From Patescibacteria group bacterium (lineage in GTDB: Bacteria; Patescibacteriota; Minisyncoccia; UBA6257; GWB1-50-10), in NCBI GenBank assembly GCA_024239035.1, contig JANBVK010000001.1:572202-621264 (forward strand): a stretch of DNA of 49,063 nucleotides, written 5' to 3'. Of this stretch, positions 30,409 to 39,409 are shown one piece after another (the first letter of the stretch is position 1; each line of letters begins with the position of its first letter). The notes under the pieces were generated by a model. That model ran no database searches. It saw only the letters and a list, made by a program, of their open reading frames with translations, and was not told the DNA's origin. The translations under genes and the position numbers were made by a program.

Positions 30409-30762
30409 ATGCATATAAGCGCTCCAATTCCACCGAACCCTATGGAAGAGTTGGAGAAAAATAAAAAGCGGGCTGAACAAGAACTGAGTGCTAGAGAGTT
30501 ACGGGGATTCAAAAAGGTCGAGGGTAGTTTAGAAGAAACTAAAACTATTATGAAATGGTCACCAATTTTACATGGAGTTGCAGCTATTGCCGGCATTCTT
30601 GGTGTGCTAGCGCTCTTGAGTTTCTGGTTCGGTCTTGCAACAGGCACAACATTTCTTGGCAACACTCCAGAACACGCTTACGATGATGCAGTAGTAATGT
30701 TACTTGTCTCGATCGCTTTTGGGATAGGTACGTTAATTCACCAACGGCAAGAAGAAAAATAA
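30409..30762 (+). CDS. small 2-TM membrane protein
   Basis: ATG 30409 (or 30442); two hydrophobic helices. Confidence 0.6.
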   Translation: MHISAPIPPNPMEELEKNKKRAEQELSARELRGFKKVEGSLEETKTIMKWSPILHGVAAIAGILGVLALLSFWFGLATGTTFLGNTPEHAYDDAVVMLLVSIAFGIGTLIHQRQEEK

Positions 30763-30768
30763 ACCCTT

Positions 30769-30963
30769 ATGGTAAAAGTTATACAAAAAGAAAGTGGTAA
30801 AGAATTATATCAATGCGAGGAATGTGGCTTTAAGTACGAAGATAGTTCGACTTCGCTCACTACAGGCAAGGAATGGGCAGAGAAATGTGAGGTGTGGTGT
30901 AAGGAACATAAAAGTTGTAATTTGGAGATCATTAAACACGGCATGCCGCCAGAAAAATCATAA
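30769..30963 (+). CDS. small Cys-rich (zinc-binding) protein with 8-aa repeat-derived segment
   Basis: YQCEECG..KCEVWC..H.SC; SSTSLTTG encoded by family B repeat. Confidence 0.75.
   Translation: MVKVIQKESGKELYQCEECGFKYEDSSTSLTTGKEWAEKCEVWCKEHKSCNLEIIKHGMPPEKS
30843..30866. repeat. family B repeat, in-frame within CDS
   Basis: TAGTTCGACTTCGCTCACTACAGG (24 nt). Confidence 0.8.
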
Positions 30964-30964
30964 A

Positions 30965-31417
30965 ATGAGTGACCAACACAAGAATTTAGAATTTAATTAT
31001 ATTACTGATGGTATCTACATCGGCACCAACCAGTGTTGTGAGACTCATTTTAATGAAGGATTATTAAAAGAAGGTATTATCGCGGATATTTCTCTTGAAG
31101 AAGAGCGTCTTGATGCCCCGTTTGGCGTTGAATTTTACGTTTGGATGCCGGTAAAAGATCACACCCCGCCCTCTCCAGATCAGATTGATTTTGGCGTTGC
31201 TGCACTTCAAAAATTGGTGACCTTAGGCAGAAAAATTTACGTTCACTGCAAAAACGGTCATGGTCGGGCAAACACTCTTGTGGCTGCATATCTTATCCGC
31301 AAAGGTAAAACGCCAGAGGAAGCAGAAGCTTTTGTAAAAAAGCAGAGACCGGTTACTCATCTCCGAGATATTCAGAGAGAGGCACTCAAGCGCTTTTATG
31401 AAAAGACAAAAGAATAA
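30965..31417 (+). CDS. dual-specificity (CX5R) phosphatase
   Basis: ITDGIYIG, VKDH, VHCKNGHGR P-loop; start at MSDQ. Confidence 0.9.
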   Translation: MSDQHKNLEFNYITDGIYIGTNQCCETHFNEGLLKEGIIADISLEEERLDAPFGVEFYVWMPVKDHTPPSPDQIDFGVAALQKLVTLGRKIYVHCKNGHGRANTLVAAYLIRKGKTPEEAEAFVKKQRPVTHLRDIQREALKRFYEKTKE

Positions 31418-31420
31418 TTT

Positions 31421-32191
31421 ATGGACGTAGCGGCACTTATTATCCCAGCATTTATAGCCGGACTTCTCACTTTTATCGCTCCGTGTACTCTACCGCTTGT
31501 ACCGGGTTATTTGGGTTTTATAAGCGGCGTTTCTTTAGAAGATTTAAAAGATCCCCAAAAATCGAAAAAAGTTCGTTTCAAGATCTTCTTAAATGGTCTT
31601 TTTTACGTTATCGGTTTTAGCATAATTTTTATTTTACTTGGCAGTCTTTTCGGCTTGGCGGGTTCTGTTTTAGCAAAGTATCGTATTTTACTCTCTCGCG
31701 TTGGAGGCGTATTTGTAATTTTTTTCGGGCTCTATATGGTGCTTAGCATTTTTAAGTTGCCAATCTTCAACTTCTTGAATAGTGATAAACAGATTCGGGT
31801 AGGTAAATTTATAAAACCAGGCAACCCTTTTAGTTCTTTAATTTTTGGTTCTGCCTTTGCTTTCGGTTGGACTCCTTGTGTCGGTCCGATTTTAGGGTCT
31901 ATTCTTCTTTTAGCTTCCGCCTCAACAACCGTTTTACAAGGAGCTTTCCTTCTTTTTGTCTTTTCAATGGGGCTTGCTGTACCTTTTCTTCTTATCGCTA
32001 TTGGTATTGGCTCGGCTTCTAAGTATCTCAGCAAGATTAGTAGATACTTGGGGTTTGTATCGGTTATAGGGGGAGTTTTTTTGATCTTTCTAGGCGTTTT
32101 ATTGGTTACAAACCAATTTGCTTTTTGGTTGGCGTATGCTTTCCAGCTTTTTGATTTTATTGATTATGAGATTTTGTTGGATTATTTATAA
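31421..32191 (+). CDS. ccdA: cytochrome c biogenesis/DsbD-beta protein CcdA
   Basis: AGLLTFIAPCTLPLVPGY and WTPCVGPILG. Confidence 0.92.
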   Translation: MDVAALIIPAFIAGLLTFIAPCTLPLVPGYLGFISGVSLEDLKDPQKSKKVRFKIFLNGLFYVIGFSIIFILLGSLFGLAGSVLAKYRILLSRVGGVFVIFFGLYMVLSIFKLPIFNFLNSDKQIRVGKFIKPGNPFSSLIFGSAFAFGWTPCVGPILGSILLLASASTTVLQGAFLLFVFSMGLAVPFLLIAIGIGSASKYLSKISRYLGFVSVIGGVFLIFLGVLLVTNQFAFWLAYAFQLFDFIDYEILLDYL

Positions 32192-32265
32192 AGGGCTTTG
32201 TCTAAAATTTGAAACCGGAGGCGTACAAATTTTAGGAACAAAACCTTAATTTGTAAAAACTTAGC

Positions 32266-33234
32266 ATGATTAATGAAGCAATCAAAAGTTTCTCTAAGCA
32301 ATTCATTTACAAGCCCAAGGTTGAAAATCAAGAAAAACTTAAAAAGTTTAGTGGATTCATAGTTGTTGGAATGGGTGGGTCTAATCTTGCTACAGGACTC
32401 GTAAAAATTTGGAAACCGCAGCTTAACATTACCATTCATCAGAATTATGGCTTACCCGTCGAACCTAAAGAAGATTTGAGAGATAGCTTGATAATTTTGA
32501 GTTCTTACTCCGGCAGCACCGAAGAGGTCATTGATGCATTTCAGAGCGCAGGAGAAGAGGGGCTGGCTAGAGCAGTTATATCTACCGGGGGAGAATTGCT
32601 TGATTTGGCAAAAAAAGAGGAAATTGCCTACATCCAAATTCCCGATACCGGGATTGAACCACGGTTAGCTATTGGGTTTAGTTTTAAGGCTCTGCTTAAA
32701 ATAATGGGAGAGGAAAAGAGTTTGGATGAGGTTAATCAATTACCCGAATCATTTAATCCGGCTTCATACAAAGAAGCAGGCCGCAGTTTAGCAGAAAAAC
32801 TAGAGGGTTCTATTCCGGTTGTTTATTCATCCGCTCGCAATGGGGCCTTGGCATATGTTTGGAAAGTTTCATTTAATGAGGGTGGAAAAATTCCCTGTTT
32901 TTATAATGTGCTGCCGGAATTGAACCACAATGAGATGACAAGCTTCGACGTTACAAAATCAACAAGCGCCCTATCGGAGAAATTTCACTTCATTTTTCTT
33001 AGAGACGATAATGACACCCCCCGCATTCTTAAGCGAATGGAGGTATTGGAGAGGTTGTACCGCGACAGAGGTTTCAGAATTAAAACTATAGAACTTGAGG
33101 GAGAGTCAGTGCTGCATAAAATTTTCTCCTCAGTGATACTTGTAAACTGGGCTGCATACTATACTGCTCTTCAATATAATGTGGAGCCAGAGCAGGTACC
33201 CATGGTGGAGGAATTCAAAAAACTTATTAAATAG
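32266..33234 (+). CDS. bifunctional phosphoglucose/phosphomannose isomerase (SIS)
   Basis: GMGGS, SYSGSTEE, STGG, PELNHNE. Confidence 0.9.
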   Translation: MINEAIKSFSKQFIYKPKVENQEKLKKFSGFIVVGMGGSNLATGLVKIWKPQLNITIHQNYGLPVEPKEDLRDSLIILSSYSGSTEEVIDAFQSAGEEGLARAVISTGGELLDLAKKEEIAYIQIPDTGIEPRLAIGFSFKALLKIMGEEKSLDEVNQLPESFNPASYKEAGRSLAEKLEGSIPVVYSSARNGALAYVWKVSFNEGGKIPCFYNVLPELNHNEMTSFDVTKSTSALSEKFHFIFLRDDNDTPRILKRMEVLERLYRDRGFRIKTIELEGESVLHKIFSSVILVNWAAYYTALQYNVEPEQVPMVEEFKKLIK

Positions 33235-33248
33235 AGATATCTACAACC

Positions 33249-33449
33249 ATGATTGAATTTATCGCTACTACGTCAGACTTTATTGGTAAACTACTAATTG
33301 CCTATACTGCCCTTCGGGTACACCACAGATTTTTAAGCGAACATAAGGTTGATAGACTTGTGTTTAGGGCAATGAAAAGAGAACAGAGACTTGGTATTTT
33401 GGGAATTATTTTTATTGTGGCGGGCTATCTTTTGAAGATAGCGCTTTAA
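33249..33449 (+). CDS. small membrane protein
   Basis: 66 aa, in-operon position, VHHR..EHKVD, C-terminal TM. Confidence 0.7.
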   Translation: MIEFIATTSDFIGKLLIAYTALRVHHRFLSEHKVDRLVFRAMKREQRLGILGIIFIVAGYLLKIAL

Positions 33450-33490
33450 CGAGATGGGATTTGAGATTCAGATGAAGGGGGCATACAGCA

Positions 33491-34141
33491 ATGGAAATTC
33501 CTAAACACTGGATTAAGATCACCACTGCCCTTATTGCGGTAATTGTTGCTGCGGTTATTTGGTTTATTCCTGAGGATTCTTACGAGATTAAAAATTATCC
33601 TTCGGCCGGAGAAACGATAGTTGCTTTCGGTGACAGTTTAGTGGAGGGTGTTGGATCCTCAGCCGGACATGATTTTGTGTCACTTCTCTCAGAAAAGATC
33701 GGCGTACCGATTGTGAACGCCGGTCGGAGCGGGGATACAACCAGTATGGCGCTTCAGCGGTTAGGGAGTGATGTACTCTCAAGGGATCCGGACATTGTGC
33801 TTGTACTCTTAGGGGGTAATGATTATCTAGAGGGCGTTGCAAAATCCGAGACATTTGGGAACTTAAACCTTATTATTGACCGTATCCAAGAAGAAGGAGC
33901 CATAGTTGCTATATTAGCCATTCAAGGGGGGTTATTTCAGGACGATTACCGAGGGAGTTTCACTCGCCTTGCTGAGGAGAAGGGCGCTGCCTACGTTCCG
34001 AACGTTCTAAGGGGGATAATCGGGCGAGCTGATCTTTTATCGGACTCGGTTCATCCAAACGATAAGGGGTATAAAATAATGGCTGATCGGATTGAACCCG
34101 TTTTACAAGATTTATTGCCTATAAAAGTGTTACAGAGATAA
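33491..34141 (+). CDS. SGNH/GDSL esterase (arylesterase-like)
   Basis: FGDSL, NAGRSG, LGGND, DSVHPN. Confidence 0.92.
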   Translation: MEIPKHWIKITTALIAVIVAAVIWFIPEDSYEIKNYPSAGETIVAFGDSLVEGVGSSAGHDFVSLLSEKIGVPIVNAGRSGDTTSMALQRLGSDVLSRDPDIVLVLLGGNDYLEGVAKSETFGNLNLIIDRIQEEGAIVAILAIQGGLFQDDYRGSFTRLAEEKGAAYVPNVLRGIIGRADLLSDSVHPNDKGYKIMADRIEPVLQDLLPIKVLQR

Positions 34142-34152
34142 GTCAGATATTT

Positions 34153-35349
34153 ATGTTATTTGATCGGCATCATTTTCATTTTTTCGGTGGTAAAGAACTT
34201 AATTCTCTCTATGTAACGATAGGCCTGATTTATTTTGCGGAAGGTCTTATAAGCGTTTTTATCCCGATTTATTTCTGGCAAATTGGTTTTCCGTTTTGGC
34301 GTATACTATTTTTTTACCTTCTTAAATCTTTGTTTTTTGTTGCTGTAACATTTTCCTTACTACCGGTAATGAGGAAACTCAGCGATAAAATGATGATGTT
34401 TTTGAGTATCCCTTTTATAATTCTTTACTTTTTTGGTTTGGGTTTTATAACCGACATTCCATTCCTTTTTTATATCCTGCCGCTTGTACACGCATTCAGC
34501 ATGCTCTTTTTTAACGTCGGGTATCATATGGATTTCTCAAGTTCGGTTGACGATGACCATGTAGGCCAGGAAGTTGGTACGCGTTATATGGTTGGAGCAT
34601 TAACTCAATTCTCTTCACCTTTTATTGGCGGAGTCATTATTGGCTTTTTGGGCTTCCAATATGTATTTCTTATTGGCAGTGGTATTTTGCTTTTGGCCGT
34701 GTTGCCGCTTTTCTTCTTTCCGCGTCGGAATCTCTCACCGGATCTGCACATTTCATCTATTCTTACTTTTTTAAAAAGTAAGAGTCTTCGATCTTTTAAC
34801 TTGTCGGGATTTGGTTATGCGACCGAGATAATGGTTGGTCAAATTGTGTGGCCTATTTTTATTTTTTTGAGCGTTGGCAGTATTCAGAACTTCGGTGGTG
34901 TGATATCAATTGGGTTACTGGCGAGTGTAATGGCTATATATTTTGCAGGATTTATGTCAGATGTGGGTCGGAGACGCAAGATTCTTTCCTGGACGACCGG
35001 TCTTTTATCGCTTGTGTGGGTGATTCGACCGTTACTTACGGGCGTTGGGGCTATTGTGGGAAGTCACGTCGGTGGTAATGTGGTAAGTTCTGCTCTTATG
35101 GTTTCCTGGTCAAGTCAGTACTATAAGATCGCAAGAGCCGTTTCTAATAAGAGTTTATTTATTTTAAGTCGAGAGATACTCTATCATGTCTCTCGCATTC
35201 TTTTTTTACCGCTTCTTATAATTCTATCGCTTATATTTTCAACTGGTGGATTTTTCAAGGTGAGCTTCCTCGTAGCTGCAGTACTCGCTCTTTTCTTTCT
35301 TTTTGCTAACAAGCAGCACATGAAAGTTCTAAAGGACGAATCTTTATGA
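34153..35349 (+). CDS. MFS transporter
   Basis: ~12 TM, GFMSDVGRRR, PFIGG. Confidence 0.8.
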   Translation: MLFDRHHFHFFGGKELNSLYVTIGLIYFAEGLISVFIPIYFWQIGFPFWRILFFYLLKSLFFVAVTFSLLPVMRKLSDKMMMFLSIPFIILYFFGLGFITDIPFLFYILPLVHAFSMLFFNVGYHMDFSSSVDDDHVGQEVGTRYMVGALTQFSSPFIGGVIIGFLGFQYVFLIGSGILLLAVLPLFFFPRRNLSPDLHISSILTFLKSKSLRSFNLSGFGYATEIMVGQIVWPIFIFLSVGSIQNFGGVISIGLLASVMAIYFAGFMSDVGRRRKILSWTTGLLSLVWVIRPLLTGVGAIVGSHVGGNVVSSALMVSWSSQYYKIARAVSNKSLFILSREILYHVSRILFLPLLIILSLIFSTGGFFKVSFLVAAVLALFFLFANKQHMKVLKDESL

Positions 35350-35361
35350 TACTATTACTAC

Positions 35362-35991
35362 ATGGCTTACGAATTACCGAAGTTACCATATCCCTATGAT
35401 GCCTTAGAACCATACATTGATGCGCGGACGATGGAGGTTCATCACACAAAGCATCACCAAGGGTATGTAGATAAGCTAAACAAAGCGTTAGAAAGACATG
35501 CTGATTTAGAGGGTAAGTCTCTCGAGAAATTACTCCAGTCGCTTGACTCGGTTCCGGATAATATTCGCACGGCCGTACGTAGTAATGGTGGTGGTCACTT
35601 CAACCATTCACTTTTCTGGAGAGTGATGAGTTCACCAGCAGATGGAGGTGGTGGTGAACCGGGAGGAGATTTAGCTGAAGCGATTATTAAGAAATTTAGT
35701 AGTTTCTCAAGCTTTAAAGAAGAATTCACTAAAGCCGCGGTGACCCGTTTTGGCAGTGGTTGGGCATGGCTCTTTATAGATAAAGGAGGTGAATTTGCAA
35801 TTACATCTACTCCAAACCAGGATAGCCCTATTATGGAAGGACTGAACCCTGTTTTAGGCCTTGATGTCTGGGAGCACGCGTATTATCTGAAATATCAAAA
35901 CCGGCGACCGGACTACATTGAAGCGTGGTGGAACGTGGTAAATTGGGAGGAGGTTGGGAACAATTTCAAATCAAACGGCTCAACGCGTTGA
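35362..35991 (+). CDS. sodA: Mn/Fe superoxide dismutase
   Basis: [30 protein letters not shown]. Confidence 0.95.
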   Translation: MAYELPKLPYPYDALEPYIDARTMEVHHTKHHQGYVDKLNKALERHADLEGKSLEKLLQSLDSVPDNIRTAVRSNGGGHFNHSLFWRVMSSPADGGGGEPGGDLAEAIIKKFSSFSSFKEEFTKAAVTRFGSGWAWLFIDKGGEFAITSTPNQDSPIMEGLNPVLGLDVWEHAYYLKYQNRRPDYIEAWWNVVNWEEVGNNFKSNGSTR

Positions 35992-35998
35992 GCCGTTT
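35973..35998. repeat. palindromic repeat family A, copy 4 (loopless; contains sod stop)
   Basis: AAACGGCTCAACGCGTTGAGCCGTTT perfect 26-bp palindrome. Confidence 0.85.
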
Positions 35999-36012
35999 AA
36001 CTCTTCGGAGTT

Positions 36013-36327
36013 ATGGCAGAAATTAATGTTAATGGGAATAAATCATCAAGTGGTGATTTATTCGTTTTTGATATTGAAGTAGTTGAGAATGACACAAAAA
36101 CAGCTCATACGGTTGAGGTGGGGAAGTCGTATTATGAGAAATTGACCAGTGGGAAGATTACTCCAGAGGAATTAGTGAGGAAATCATTTGAGTTTTTACT
36201 TAAGCGAGAACCCAAAGAGTCAATTTTAAAAGAATTTAATATCACAAAAATCTCCTATTATTTTCCTGAGTATGAGGAAGAGATTGCAAATTCTATTTCT
36301 CTAAAGTATGAAGAAGAGAAATCTTAA
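36013..36327 (+). CDS. conserved hypothetical protein
   Basis: PEELVRKSFEFLLKREPKESIL..F..I..YFPEYE. Confidence 0.8.
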   Translation: MAEINVNGNKSSSGDLFVFDIEVVENDTKTAHTVEVGKSYYEKLTSGKITPEELVRKSFEFLLKREPKESILKEFNITKISYYFPEYEEEIANSISLKYEEEKS

Positions 36328-38206
36328 GATAGATGTACCGTGGCTCATTTATGACGGTGATTGCAGTTTTTGTCGTTTGTGGATTGAGCGCTGGAAGGAT
36401 ATCACCGGCGAAGAGGTAAGATACGAGCCTTTTCAGTCCCTCGACAAGCTCGGGACTGACCCTGAGCGAAGTCGAATGGGTCAGGAAGTTTCAAAACTTT
36501 TTCCTGAGATTCCACGCGAGAATTTTGTAAAATCTGTCCAGCTTATACTGCCTAACGGCCAGGTTTTTAGCGGTGCCGAGGCAGTATTTTGTTCGCTCAG
36601 CTTGGCTCCCGGGTCTCGGGGCAGGTTGTTTTGGCTTTATCAAAATGTTCCCGGTATGCGGTCCATTACCGAATGGCTTTACCGGTTTGTGGCAGAGCAC
36701 AGGAGCGGTCTTTATAGAGTAACTGTATTTTTATGGGGAAAAGACCTCAGGCGGCCCACCCACTTTTTATCGCGCTGGCTTTTTTTCCGACTCTTGGGAG
36801 TAATTTATTTTATTGCTTTTGTATCTTTTTGGCTGCAGATGGGGGGACTTATTGGTGAGAATGGTATTTTGCCGGTTCAGAATTTTCTCCAGGTAGTAGA
36901 AGACAATGTTGGTTCTGGGCGTTATTTTTCATTTCCGACTCTTGCGTGGCTTAGCGGTAGCGACACCTTTTTAAACTTCTTGGGCTTAGGGGGAGCGTTT
37001 TTATCCATCGCTCTTGTTTTTGGTTTTGCAACGGTGCCGGTTTTAATAATTCTCTGGATGTTCTATTTATCGCTTGTTACGGCGGGTCAGGTTTTTATGT
37101 CTTTTCAGTGGGATATTTTACTTTTGGAGATTGGGTTCTTGGCGATTTTTTTCGCTCCACTCCAGATTTTACCCAGGTTTTCCCGAGAATCACCGCCCCC
37201 GCGTAGTATTTTGTGGCTTTTTAGATTTCTTTTGTTTCGGCTTGTATTTGCATCGGGCGCGGTAAAACTTTTAAGCGGGGATAAAACGTGGCGGGATTTA
37301 ACCGCTCTTAGTTTTCATTATGAAACACAGCCGTTGCCGACGCCGCTCGCTTGGTATATGCACCAACTGCCGCTCTGGTTTCATAAGATATCAACTGTTT
37401 TTATGTTTACAGTTGAGCTTGCCGTCCCTTTTTTAATTTTTGCGCCGCGGCGACTCCGATTTTTCGCAGCCGGATCAATTGCATTCTTGGAAGTGCTCAT
37501 TTTGCTTACGGGGAATTACACTTTTTTTAATTTACTAACACTGATTCTCGCTCTTTTACTTTTAGATGACGCCCTCTTGGCCAGGTTTTTCCCAAAACAA
37601 ATGAAAGAAGAGCTTATAGGAAAAAGAGAGCGAGCAAGGAGCTTTTCTTTTGGGAAATACGCTCTTGGTATCTTTACAGCGGTGATTGTTTTTCTAGGTA
37701 GCGTTCAGCTCGTAGGGATGTTTTCTAGTAGTGGTGTGCCGGCAGTGCAGATAGTGAGGCGGATCGCGCCGTTTCATATTGTAAATAACTATGGACTTTT
37801 TGCAGTGATGACTACTGCCCGGCCTGAAATTATTATTCAGGGAAGTAATAATGGTGAGGTGTGGGAGGATTACGGATTTAAATACAAACCGGGCGACCCG
37901 GAGCGAGCGCCGCCCGTAGTTGCACCACACCAGCCGCGTTTAGACTGGCAGATGTGGTTTGCGGCTCTTTCTCCATACGAACAAAACCCTTGGTTTGTGA
38001 ATTTTATGGCTCGACTTCTCCAGGGTTCGCCCGAAGTATTGGCGCTTTTGGATAAAAATCCTTTTCCTCTCGAACCCCCACTCTTTGTTCGGGCTGTGCT
38101 CTACGACTACCACTTTACTGATTTTCCCACCAAACGCGGTGAGGGGACATGGTGGAGAGGAGAACTTAAGGGCTTATATTTCCCATCGGTTACGCTTAGT
38201 GGTTAA
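36308..38206 (+). CDS. DCC1-like thiol-disulfide domain fused to lipase maturation factor
   Basis: YDGDCSFC; FQWDILLLE, HYETQPLP, HQPRLDWQMWFAAL. Confidence 0.9.
   Translation: MKKRNLKIDVPWLIYDGDCSFCRLWIERWKDITGEEVRYEPFQSLDKLGTDPERSRMGQEVSKLFPEIPRENFVKSVQLILPNGQVFSGAEAVFCSLSLAPGSRGRLFWLYQNVPGMRSITEWLYRFVAEHRSGLYRVTVFLWGKDLRRPTHFLSRWLFFRLLGVIYFIAFVSFWLQMGGLIGENGILPVQNFLQVVEDNVGSGRYFSFPTLAWLSGSDTFLNFLGLGGAFLSIALVFGFATVPVLIILWMFYLSLVTAGQVFMSFQWDILLLEIGFLAIFFAPLQILPRFSRESPPPRSILWLFRFLLFRLVFASGAVKLLSGDKTWRDLTALSFHYETQPLPTPLAWYMHQLPLWFHKISTVFMFTVELAVPFLIFAPRRLRFFAAGSIAFLEVLILLTGNYTFFNLLTLILALLLLDDALLARFFPKQMKEELIGKRERARSFSFGKYALGIFTAVIVFLGSVQLVGMFSSSGVPAVQIVRRIAPFHIVNNYGLFAVMTTARPEIIIQGSNNGEVWEDYGFKYKPGDPERAPPVVAPHQPRLDWQMWFAALSPYEQNPWFVNFMARLLQGSPEVLALLDKNPFPLEPPLFVRAVLYDYHFTDFPTKRGEGTWWRGELKGLYFPSVTLSG
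36433..36484. repeat. family B doublet, 48-nt in-frame segment
   Basis: TCAG-TCCCTCGACAAGCTCGGGACTGACCCTGAGCGAAGTCGAATGGG-TCAG. Confidence 0.8.
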
Positions 38207-38223
38207 CGGCGGTGATAGGAAGT

Positions 38224-38413
38224 AGAGAAGTGTTTATTCCTTCATCAGCCGAAGTTTCCATTCGGATAAATTATCCTCGCTCAAATTAAGAAGGGACAAA
38301 AAATATCGAACTCGCTACGCTCAGACAACGATATTTTTCTACTTCTTTAAATTTTCACTCGGTAATTTATGCACCTCATTCCAACGGGCTGATTCAGAAA
38401 CAAAAACTTCTCT
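38224..38413. repeat. long imperfect inverted repeat (MITE/REPIN-like)
   Basis: Nested arms AGAGAAGT/ACTTCTCT, ATCAGCC/GGCTGAT, ATAAATTA/TAATTTAT, AAGAAG/CTTCTT, AAAAATATCG/CGATATTTTT. Confidence 0.7.
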
Positions 38414-38508
38414 TATTGGTGAAGTGGTGAAAAAATTATCAGCTACTTTTTGAGGTAAGTATCTGAGTGTTGGGGGGAAATTGTGGGTGTGGTAAAATAA
38501 AGTTACAT

Positions 38509-38964
38509 ATGGAATTAATTGGCGGGAACTTAGATATTTTCTTACGGCTTGTGGCAGCTATGGTTTTGGGCGGCGCGTTGGGTCTTGAGCGTTGGCTTGC
38601 CGGGAAAATGGCGGGAGTGAGAACATACGCCCTTATAAGTGTTGGGTCTGCTCTTTTTGTCATTGTCTCAATCGTTGTGTCGGAACAGTTCGTGGGGATT
38701 ACTGTTTTTGATCCTTTACGGGTGGCTTCTCAAATTGTTGTGGGTATTGGTTTTATTGGTGCCGGTCTAATCATATTTAAAGAATCGAAAGTGAGAGGAC
38801 TTACAACCGCCGCCGGGCTCTGGGTTGCCGCTGGCATCGGTATGGCTACGGGGTTCGGCTTATATTCAATAGCGGTTTTTACAACCCTACTTACACTATT
38901 TATTTTCACCGTTCTTTGGTTTATAGAGAAAAGAGCGATTATCAAGAAAAAGAAACCAGGGTAA
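38509..38964 (+). CDS. MgtC/SapB family protein
   Basis: LGLER, AGVRT, DPLRVASQIVVGIGFIGAG, GLTTAAGLW. Confidence 0.93.
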   Translation: MELIGGNLDIFLRLVAAMVLGGALGLERWLAGKMAGVRTYALISVGSALFVIVSIVVSEQFVGITVFDPLRVASQIVVGIGFIGAGLIIFKESKVRGLTTAAGLWVAAGIGMATGFGLYSIAVFTTLLTLFIFTVLWFIEKRAIIKKKKPG

Positions 38965-39000
38965 GCGGCTTGTGGTGTGGGAGAGTCTTGTGGTTTTGAA

Positions 39001-39035
39001 AAAGAAAACCCGCCATATCCGAAGACATGGCGGGG
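39001..39035 (-). terminator. intrinsic terminator
   Basis: CCCGCCAT/ATGGCGGG stem with T tail on - strand. Confidence 0.65.
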
Positions 39036-39067
39036 AGCAGTGATTTTGCTCGATGCTGGTTATTCCC

Positions 39068-39409
39068 TCAGAGAGTGGGAAGGAGTTTATGAATGAAGGA
39101 ACAGCCGTGGTTGGACTGGGGAACGTAGGCGCCGAGTTTCAGTTGATATTTCTTGACCAACTCGGTGAGCGTGCTGCGGAAGTGACTCTGGAAATCTTCG
39201 TGCTGGGTCTTGTTGAAAAAACGAGTGTTCGCAATGATCCAGGGGCGTCCCTCCTCGTCGTAGATCACCGTGACACCGTTGTTGTCGTCGTAGGTGTTCG
39301 GCGTTCCGTATTTGACGAAGACGTCTCCGATCGCTCCCGGCACCTCGGATGTTCCGAGAGCCGAGAAGAAACCGAGATCCAACAGAACGTGAGAGAGTTT
39401 TGTACCCAT
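39068..39409 (-). CDS. hypothetical protein (113 aa)
   Basis: AAGGAGG SD before ATG 39409; promoter TCGACA-17-TAAAAT (39502-39474); terminator. Confidence 0.65.
   Translation of the reverse strand: MGTKLSHVLLDLGFFSALGTSEVPGAIGDVFVKYGTPNTYDDNNGVTVIYDEEGRPWIIANTRFFNKTQHEDFQSHFRSTLTELVKKYQLKLGAYVPQSNHGCSFIHKLLPTL

Noticed and set aside
1289..35998. Family A/B repeats as CRISPR repeats or integron attC sites
   Set aside because: They are kb apart and not arrayed, lack RYYYAAC..GTTRRRY ends with extrahelical bases, and no integron integrase is present
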